Assembly (NCBI GenBank): GCA_963808235.1
Contig: CAWEEQ010000004.1
Span: 1,952,001 to 2,016,000, forward strand
DNA length: 64,000 nucleotides
From: an uncultured delta proteobacterium
GTDB lineage: Bacteria; Desulfobacterota; Binatia; Binatales; Binataceae
Direction of reading: 5' to 3'
This document shows positions 57,917 through 64,000 of this stretch, piece after piece (position 1 is the first letter of the stretch; every line of letters begins with the position of its first letter). The notes beneath the pieces were generated by a model. It did not search any database. It was given only the letters and a program-made list of their open reading frames with translations, and was not told the DNA's origin. Both the position numbers and the translations under genes were made by a program.

Positions 57917-59242
57917 ATGAAAGTCAAGTTTGTAGCGGCCGCAATTGTAGCTCTGGCGAGTCTCGCCAGTGCGGGCTCTCCGAGCGCCGGCGTCAGTCCC
58001 GGAGATACGATCACGAAGGATCAGGCCGACAAAGTCGCGGACCTCGTGAGTCCGGGGAATCTCCTTCTCGTGAGGCAGGGGATGACGATGAAGATCGTGC
58101 CGAGCGAACGCCTCGAGTGGCCGCCTCCGTACAAGTCCGCGACCGAGAAGTATTCGCCGCAGGTGAGTCTCGCGCCCGATGGGTCGCTCAAGGGCTACTC
58201 GGCCGGGCTGCCGTTCCCGCTGGTCGACGCGAACGATCCGAACGCGGCGCTGAAAGTGATGTGGAATTTCAGCTACCGGCCGCTTTACACCGACGACGCG
58301 ATTTCCAAGAACGTCGAGCTGGCAAGCTTCCGTCCGGGCTCGACGCCCGCCGATCCGGTCGAGCATTTCACCATCGGCAACGTGGGCTTCTACAACAACA
58401 CCGGCCGCACCGAGGTCAATCCCATCCCGACCAATCCGGATGCGACCTCGGCGGGAATCCGCTATCGCTTCGGCGCGTACCCGTTTCTCGAACCTTCGGA
58501 GATGCGCGGCTTCGGCTTCATCCGCTATCGCAATCTGGATCCGAAGATCGAGGACAACAGCTGGATGTACAATCGGCGCTCGCGGCACGTGATGCGGGCA
58601 TCGGCCACCGAACTTTCTGATGTCCTGGGACAGTACGATGCGGGCGCGGGCGCTTCAGGAGCGGGCGCCGCGACCTATGCGAGCAACCTGGATCCGGATT
58701 CGTTCTTCGGCTTCGCGGCCAAGATCGAGGATTTCAGTTACAAGTTTCTCGGTGAAAAGCCGATGCTCGCGGTTGTGAACGCCGCGAACTCTCCCGCGAA
58801 ATTGTGCGACAGCGACGGCGGACGAACCATCTGCCCGGAGAACTGGGAGATGCGCCAGCTCTACGTGATCGAAGCCGATGCCAAGCGGACCTCGATGCTC
58901 GGTACCGAGGTTTCGATTCCGAAGCGAATCTTCTATATCGACTCGGAGGGATGGTTCATCACCGCGTCGGATCAATACGATCGCGACGGCAAACTGTGGA
59001 AGACGGTCGCGACCTTCAACGCGTACCGCGACCGGCCGATACCCAGCGCTCGGGTCGCCATCTGGCCGTTCAAGCGGATGTTCCAGACCGCGCTGGTCGA
59101 TGAAGACGTCGTGACCGGCTTCTCAACCGTCGAGCTATCGCCGGGATTTGAGACAGAGGAGCACGAAAGCTGGTACATCAATATGGGAATCGCGACCGAC
59201 AATTTTTTTAATCCCGTGACGATGTCCAACGCGGCGCACTAG
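57917..59242 (+). CDS. DUF1329 domain secreted protein
   Basis: Signal peptide, PGDTIT, ATEKY, AGLPFP, WE.R..YVIEA, KR.FYID, YDRDGKLWK. Confidence 0.9.
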   Translation: MKVKFVAAAIVALASLASAGSPSAGVSPGDTITKDQADKVADLVSPGNLLLVRQGMTMKIVPSERLEWPPPYKSATEKYSPQVSLAPDGSLKGYSAGLPFPLVDANDPNAALKVMWNFSYRPLYTDDAISKNVELASFRPGSTPADPVEHFTIGNVGFYNNTGRTEVNPIPTNPDATSAGIRYRFGAYPFLEPSEMRGFGFIRYRNLDPKIEDNSWMYNRRSRHVMRASATELSDVLGQYDAGAGASGAGAATYASNLDPDSFFGFAAKIEDFSYKFLGEKPMLAVVNAANSPAKLCDSDGGRTICPENWEMRQLYVIEADAKRTSMLGTEVSIPKRIFYIDSEGWFITASDQYDRDGKLWKTVATFNAYRDRPIPSARVAIWPFKRMFQTALVDEDVVTGFSTVELSPGFETEEHESWYINMGIATDNFFNPVTMSNAAH

Positions 59243-59265
59243 CAGACGTATACGGAGTCATCATC

Positions 59266-60441
59266 ATGTCCACCACTCACGAGCAGATCCAGAAACTGAA
59301 ATTCACCGGCGCGGTCGATGCCGACGGACACATCCTCGAGGACGCCGGACTCTGGGATCGTTACATCGAACCAAAGTACAAAGATCGCGCCGTCAGGGTT
59401 CGTCTCGACAGCAAGGGCCTCGAATTTCTCGAGATCGCGGGGCAGCCGTCGAAAATTTTCCACAGCGGACGACTCGGCGGGCTCTCCGCGATGGGCGTCA
59501 CGCGCGACGACAAATTCCAGAGTCGGCCGACTTACGGCGGCTCAGCGCCGTTCGGCGCGATGGACGCCAAGGAGCGCCTCGCGAGAATCGATGCCGAAGG
59601 ACTCGCCGCCGCGTTCCTCTATCCCACCATGAGCCTGCTCTGGGAGACCGAGACCGAAGACGCCGAACTCGCGCAGGCTTACACCCGCGCCTACAATCGC
59701 TATATCGTGGACTTCTGCTCTGAGAGCCATGGCCGGCTGATTCCGATCGCGCATCTTTCGCTTGGCGATCCGAAAGCAGCCGCTGTCGAACTCGAGCGCG
59801 CCGTGAAACAGGGATGCAAAGGCGGATGGGTCGCGCAGTTCGTGATGACCCGCAAGCCGCATGCGCATCCCGATCATGACGTGCTGTTCGCCAAGGCCCA
59901 GGAGCTCGACGTGCCGATCGGAATTCATCCTTCGCTCGAACCGGTCTGGGCGATGCCCGGCCGCTACGACTACAACAAATATATGCGCGGGCAATTCTAC
60001 TTCCTGAACGTGACCGCCGCCGACGCGATTCGGCACGCGTTCACCAGTTTTTTCCAGTACGGCACCTTCGACAAATTCCCGAAACTGCGCTTGGTGCTGC
60101 TCGAGGCGGGTGCAGGATGGATCGACTACTGGCTCGGCCGCCTCGACGCAGTCTACGCGACTGCGATGGGCCGCACGGTGCCGCTCAAGGAGAAGCCGAG
60201 TTTCTACTTCAATCGCAATTGCTGGATCTCTGCCGATCCCGACGAGCGCTCGCTGCCCGCGATGGTCGATCTGTGCGGCGCCGACAAATTTTTCTGGGCG
60301 TCAGACTTTCCGCATCCCGATCACGTCGGTAACTACATCGAGGAGGTCGAAGAACTCGCGCACAAGCTGAAACCCGACGCGCGCGCCAAAGTGATGGGCG
60401 AGAACGTGATGAAGGTGTACAACTGCTCGCTCCCGCGCTGA
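59266..60441 (+). CDS. amidohydrolase family 2 protein
   Basis: VDADGHILE, LYPT, PIGIH, LEAGAGW, WASDFPHPD. Confidence 0.95.
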   Translation: MSTTHEQIQKLKFTGAVDADGHILEDAGLWDRYIEPKYKDRAVRVRLDSKGLEFLEIAGQPSKIFHSGRLGGLSAMGVTRDDKFQSRPTYGGSAPFGAMDAKERLARIDAEGLAAAFLYPTMSLLWETETEDAELAQAYTRAYNRYIVDFCSESHGRLIPIAHLSLGDPKAAAVELERAVKQGCKGGWVAQFVMTRKPHAHPDHDVLFAKAQELDVPIGIHPSLEPVWAMPGRYDYNKYMRGQFYFLNVTAADAIRHAFTSFFQYGTFDKFPKLRLVLLEAGAGWIDYWLGRLDAVYATAMGRTVPLKEKPSFYFNRNCWISADPDERSLPAMVDLCGADKFFWASDFPHPDHVGNYIEEVEELAHKLKPDARAKVMGENVMKVYNCSLPR

Positions 60442-60448
60442 TACAAAT

Positions 60449-60994
60449 TTGAAACGATACATCGTGACCGGCACCCCCGGTTCCGGAAAAACTTCAATTA
60501 TCCGATGCCTGGAAATCGCCGGTTACCACGTCGTGGAAGAAGCCGCGACTGACCTCATCGCTCTGCGCCAAGCGCAAGGCATCTCCGAACCACACACGCA
60601 CCCCTCTTTCATCGATGACATCACCAACCTGCAAAAGCAGCGGCAGATGCAAGCATCCGACCTGGCTTCAACAATCCAATTTTTCGACCGCTCGCCTATA
60701 TGCACCTATGCACTCAGCACCTGGCTCGGATATCCAATCTCGATAACTCTCTCCAACGAAATGGAACGCACAAAGGAAGAGCAAATTTATCAGCGGCAGG
60801 TGTTCTTCATCGAGAACCTTGGATTCTGCGAGCCCACCCAGGCAAGAAGAATCAGCTTCGAGGATTCGCTACGATTCGAAAAACTTCACGAAGAAACCTA
60901 CCGCTCCTTCGGCTACGAAATCGTGAAAGTCGCGCCGCAAGAGTTATCCGACCGAGTGGAAAAAATTAAACGCTACGTCTCCGCCCTTACCTAG
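60449..60994 (+). CDS. AAA_28 (NadR/Ttd14-like) P-loop ATPase
   Basis: IVTGTPGSGKT, FFDRSP, FE..HEETYRSFGY; lower GC than its neighbours. Confidence 0.88.
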   Translation: MKRYIVTGTPGSGKTSIIRCLEIAGYHVVEEAATDLIALRQAQGISEPHTHPSFIDDITNLQKQRQMQASDLASTIQFFDRSPICTYALSTWLGYPISITLSNEMERTKEEQIYQRQVFFIENLGFCEPTQARRISFEDSLRFEKLHEETYRSFGYEIVKVAPQELSDRVEKIKRYVSALT

Positions 60995-61003
60995 CTCCAA
61001 AAC

Positions 61004-61036
61004 AAAAAGCCCGCGAGATGCGCTCGCGGGCTTTTT
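61004..61036. terminator. bidirectional Rho-independent terminator
   Basis: AAAAAGCCCGCGAG-atgcg-CTCGCGGGCTTTTT between convergent genes. Confidence 0.9.
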
Positions 61037-61061
61037 CGCACTTTTATTTTTCGCGATCTCT

Positions 61062-62060
61062 CTAGTTCACCGTCCACGTATCGCCACGAGTCAGCAGCGT
61101 CTTCAGATCGCCCTGCCCTTGCTTCGCTTTCGCGTCGATGAGCTGCTGGTTTACCGCGCCATCATAAGTAGGCCGCGAGACCGCGTAGAACACTCCGACC
61201 GGCGTCGGCAGCGGCGGCTCGAAGTTGCCGAGCATGAACGCGAGCGACAGATTCGTCTCGTCGTGTACGACCAGGTCCTTCTCGGTCACGCCCGCGCCAA
61301 GCTGCACCGCCTCGGGCCGCATCCCGTTCATCCGGATTCCCATGTCGCGATTCTTGCCGAACACGAGCGGCTTGCCGTGCTCGAGAACCAGCTGATGGTC
61401 CGCTTTGAGCTGCTTGTCGCTGACGTCGTTGAACGCGCCGTCGTTGAAGATGTTGCAGTTCTGCAGGATCTCCAGAAATGACGCCCCGCGATGCGCATGC
61501 GCTCGCTTGAGCATCTCGCCCAGGTGCTTCTGCTCGACGTCGATCGTGCGCGCAACGAAGGTGGCATGCGTGCCGAGCGCCACCGTGATCGGATTGAAAG
61601 GAAAATCCACCGACCCGGCGGGCGTGGACTTGGTCACCTTGCCGACTTCCGAGGTCGGCGAATACTGCCCCTTGGTAAGTCCGTAGATCTTGTTGTTGAA
61701 GAGCAGGATCTTCAAATCGACGTTGCGCCTGAGCACGTGGATCAAATGATTTCCGCCGATCGACAATCCGTCGCCGTCGCCGGTGACTACCCACACGTCG
61801 AGATCGGGCCGCGTGATCTTGAGCCCGGTCGCAAACGCCGGCGCGCGTCCGTGAATCGTATGGAAGCCGTAAGTATTCATGTAGTACGGAAACCGGCTCG
61901 AACATCCGATCCCCGAAATGAAAACAGTATTCTCGGGCGCGATCCCGAATTCGGGCATCGTTTTCTGCACCGCCGCCAGAATCGCGTAATCGCCGCATCC
62001 CGGGCACCAGCGAACTTCCTGGTCGGTGATGAAATCCTTGCGGGTCAGTGCGCTAGCCAT
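61062..62060 (-). CDS. korB: 2-oxoacid:ferredoxin oxidoreductase beta subunit
   Basis: WCPGCGD, SGIGCSSR, GDGD..SIGGNH, YGLTKGQYSPT. Confidence 0.95.
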   Translation of the reverse strand: MASALTRKDFITDQEVRWCPGCGDYAILAAVQKTMPEFGIAPENTVFISGIGCSSRFPYYMNTYGFHTIHGRAPAFATGLKITRPDLDVWVVTGDGDGLSIGGNHLIHVLRRNVDLKILLFNNKIYGLTKGQYSPTSEVGKVTKSTPAGSVDFPFNPITVALGTHATFVARTIDVEQKHLGEMLKRAHAHRGASFLEILQNCNIFNDGAFNDVSDKQLKADHQLVLEHGKPLVFGKNRDMGIRMNGMRPEAVQLGAGVTEKDLVVHDETNLSLAFMLGNFEPPLPTPVGVFYAVSRPTYDGAVNQQLIDAKAKQGQGDLKTLLTRGDTWTVN

Positions 62061-63978
62061 TCGACGAGCCCTCCAGGGCGCGGTTGATACGATTTGCAAT
62101 CTCGCTGACTTTGAACGGACGCCCCTGGATCTTGTTGAACCCGAAGGCGTCGATCAGGTAGTCGGCGCGGATCATCTTGAGAAGTTGTCCCATGTTCATT
62201 TCCGCAATCATGACCTGCTTGAAACGCTTGAGCGTCTCCTCGAGATCGGGCGGAAGCGGATTCAAATAGCGCAGATGCACATGCGAGACGCGTTTGCCCT
62301 TCTCGCGCACCTGCTTGACGCCTTCGCGGATCGGCCCGAACGTCGAGCCCCATCCAAGCACCACCAGGTCGCCGCTCTTGTCGCCGAAGACTTCGGTCGG
62401 CGCGATCTCGCGCGCGATTCCCGCGATCTTCCGCGCCCGCATCCGGACCATCAGCTCATTATTCGCGGGCGAGTAGCTGATATTGCCGGTCAGATGCTCT
62501 CCGGCAATTCCGCCGACCCGATGCTCGAGTCCCTTGGTCCCCGGAATCGCCCACGGCCGCGACAGCGTCTTCTCGTCGCGCGTGTACGGCATGAAGCCTT
62601 CCGGGTTGCTCGCAAACTCAACCTTGATCGGCGTGAGCTTGTCCGAGTCGGGCAGCAGCCACGGCTCCGCGCCGTTTGCGAGTTGCCCGTCGGTCAGCAG
62701 GATCACCGGGGTCATGTACTTGACCGCGATTCGCACCGCCTCGTACGCGCAGTCGAAACAGTCGGCCGGCGTCGACGCCGCGATAATCGGAATCGGCGAC
62801 TCGCCATGCCGTCCGTACATCGATTGCAGCAGGTCGGCCTGCTCGGGCTTGGTCGGCATCCCGGTTGACGGTCCCGCGCGTTGAATATCGGTGATCACCA
62901 GCGGCAACTCGACCTTCACCGCGAGTCCGACCGCCTCGGCCTTGAGATTCATGCCGGGGCCGGAGGTCGTGGTGATCGCGATCGATCCGCCGAACGACGC
63001 GCCGATCGCCGCGCACACGCCCGCTATCTCGTCCTCGGCCTGAAACGTGTACACCGGATAATTCTTGAATCCCGCGAGTTCGTGCAGCACGTCGCTCGCC
63101 GGTGTGATCGGATATGAACCCAGGAACAGTGGACGTCCTGATTTGATCGCCGCCGCCACGAAACCCAGCGCGGTCGCCATGTTGCCGGTGATATTGCGAT
63201 ACAGACCCGCCTTGATTCGCGCCGCCGGCACTTCGTACGAGCTCGCGAACATCTCGGTCGTGTCGCCGTAATTGTAACCCGCCTTGAGCGTTCGAATATT
63301 CGCCTCGAGCATCTCGGGCGTCTTCTTGAATTTGCTCTCGAGGTACATGAGCGTGCTCTCGATCGGCCGCTGATAGAGCCAGGAGAGCAGCCCGAGCACG
63401 AACATGTTGCGGCATCGGAACGCCGCGCGATTGTTCAGCCCCAGGCCGTGAATCGCCGCCGACGTCAGCTTGGTCACGTCAACTTCGATCACCTGGAATT
63501 TGTCGAGCGAATGATCGGTGAGCGGATTGCTGGTGTAGCCGGCGCGTTTCAGATTGGAGTCTGTGAACGCTTCCCGATCCACGATTATAACGCCGTTGGG
63601 CGGAACGTCTTCGAGGTTTGCCTGCAGCGCCGCCGGATTCATCGCGACCAACACGTTGGGCTCGTCGCCGGCGGTGAAGATCTCGTTGCTGGAAAAGTTG
63701 AGCTGAAATCCGCTGACTCCGGCCAGCGTTCCCGCAGGGGCGCGGATTTCGGCGGGAAAATCGGGCAGGGTTGCGATATCGTTTCCGGCCAATGCCGATT
63801 CGGTCGTAAACTGCATACCCGTCAACTGCATCCCGTCGCCCGAATCGCCGGCAAAGCGGATTACGACCCGGTCTCTGCTCAGATGCGGCTTGGGCTTGGG
63901 CGCGGCTCCATTGCCGGCATTCCCGGCGGAACCATGCGATTCGGCAGCTTGTTCAGCCGCCTCAGGTGGTACAGCCAT
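62053..63978 (-). CDS. korA: 2-oxoacid:ferredoxin oxidoreductase alpha subunit (gamma-alpha fusion)
   Basis: AGDSGDGMQLTG, YPITPAS, QAEDEI, TSGPG, QRAGPSTG. Confidence 0.95.
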   Translation of the reverse strand: MAVPPEAAEQAAESHGSAGNAGNGAAPKPKPHLSRDRVVIRFAGDSGDGMQLTGMQFTTESALAGNDIATLPDFPAEIRAPAGTLAGVSGFQLNFSSNEIFTAGDEPNVLVAMNPAALQANLEDVPPNGVIIVDREAFTDSNLKRAGYTSNPLTDHSLDKFQVIEVDVTKLTSAAIHGLGLNNRAAFRCRNMFVLGLLSWLYQRPIESTLMYLESKFKKTPEMLEANIRTLKAGYNYGDTTEMFASSYEVPAARIKAGLYRNITGNMATALGFVAAAIKSGRPLFLGSYPITPASDVLHELAGFKNYPVYTFQAEDEIAGVCAAIGASFGGSIAITTTSGPGMNLKAEAVGLAVKVELPLVITDIQRAGPSTGMPTKPEQADLLQSMYGRHGESPIPIIAASTPADCFDCAYEAVRIAVKYMTPVILLTDGQLANGAEPWLLPDSDKLTPIKVEFASNPEGFMPYTRDEKTLSRPWAIPGTKGLEHRVGGIAGEHLTGNISYSPANNELMVRMRARKIAGIAREIAPTEVFGDKSGDLVVLGWGSTFGPIREGVKQVREKGKRVSHVHLRYLNPLPPDLEETLKRFKQVMIAEMNMGQLLKMIRADYLIDAFGFNKIQGRPFKVSEIANRINRALEGSSNG

Positions 63979-64000
63979 CTCAGTCCTTTCTCCTTACAGT

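Noticed and set aside
1-64000. tRNA, rRNA, CRISPR, IS and prophage genes
   Set aside because: No cloverleaf/T-loop signatures, repeat-spacer arrays, transposases or phage genes were recognised by eye.

Overview
GC-rich bacterial chromosomal segment with about 60 CDS. I detected no rRNA, tRNA, CRISPR array, transposase or integrase. The gene repertoire (three close FadE/IpdE1-type acyl-CoA dehydrogenase paralogs, DUF1329, amidohydrolase, actinobacterial-type nitroreductases, UPF0182) suggests a Candidatus Binatota-like soil bacterium; this is inference only. Core genes include dnaB, gloA and the 2-oxoacid:ferredoxin oxidoreductase alpha/beta pair. Most notable: (1) a 1.94-kb NnrS + hemerythrin islet bounded by an 80-bp duplication of the 3' end of an acyl-CoA dehydrogenase gene, with nearly all differences synonymous; (2) a compact PHA locus (short PhaE/PhaR-like subunit, PhaC, phasin-like protein) divergent from a Crp/Fnr regulator with an RQ-type recognition helix and two CooA-like boxes exactly 50 bp apart; (3) a perfect parS site within a repeat- and hairpin-rich intergenic region, plus tandem DnaA-box-like sites upstream of dnaB; (4) DprE1/DprE2 homologs and two GT-C/YfhO-like membrane proteins; (5) four genes split by single +1 insertions, most likely sequencing or assembly errors.
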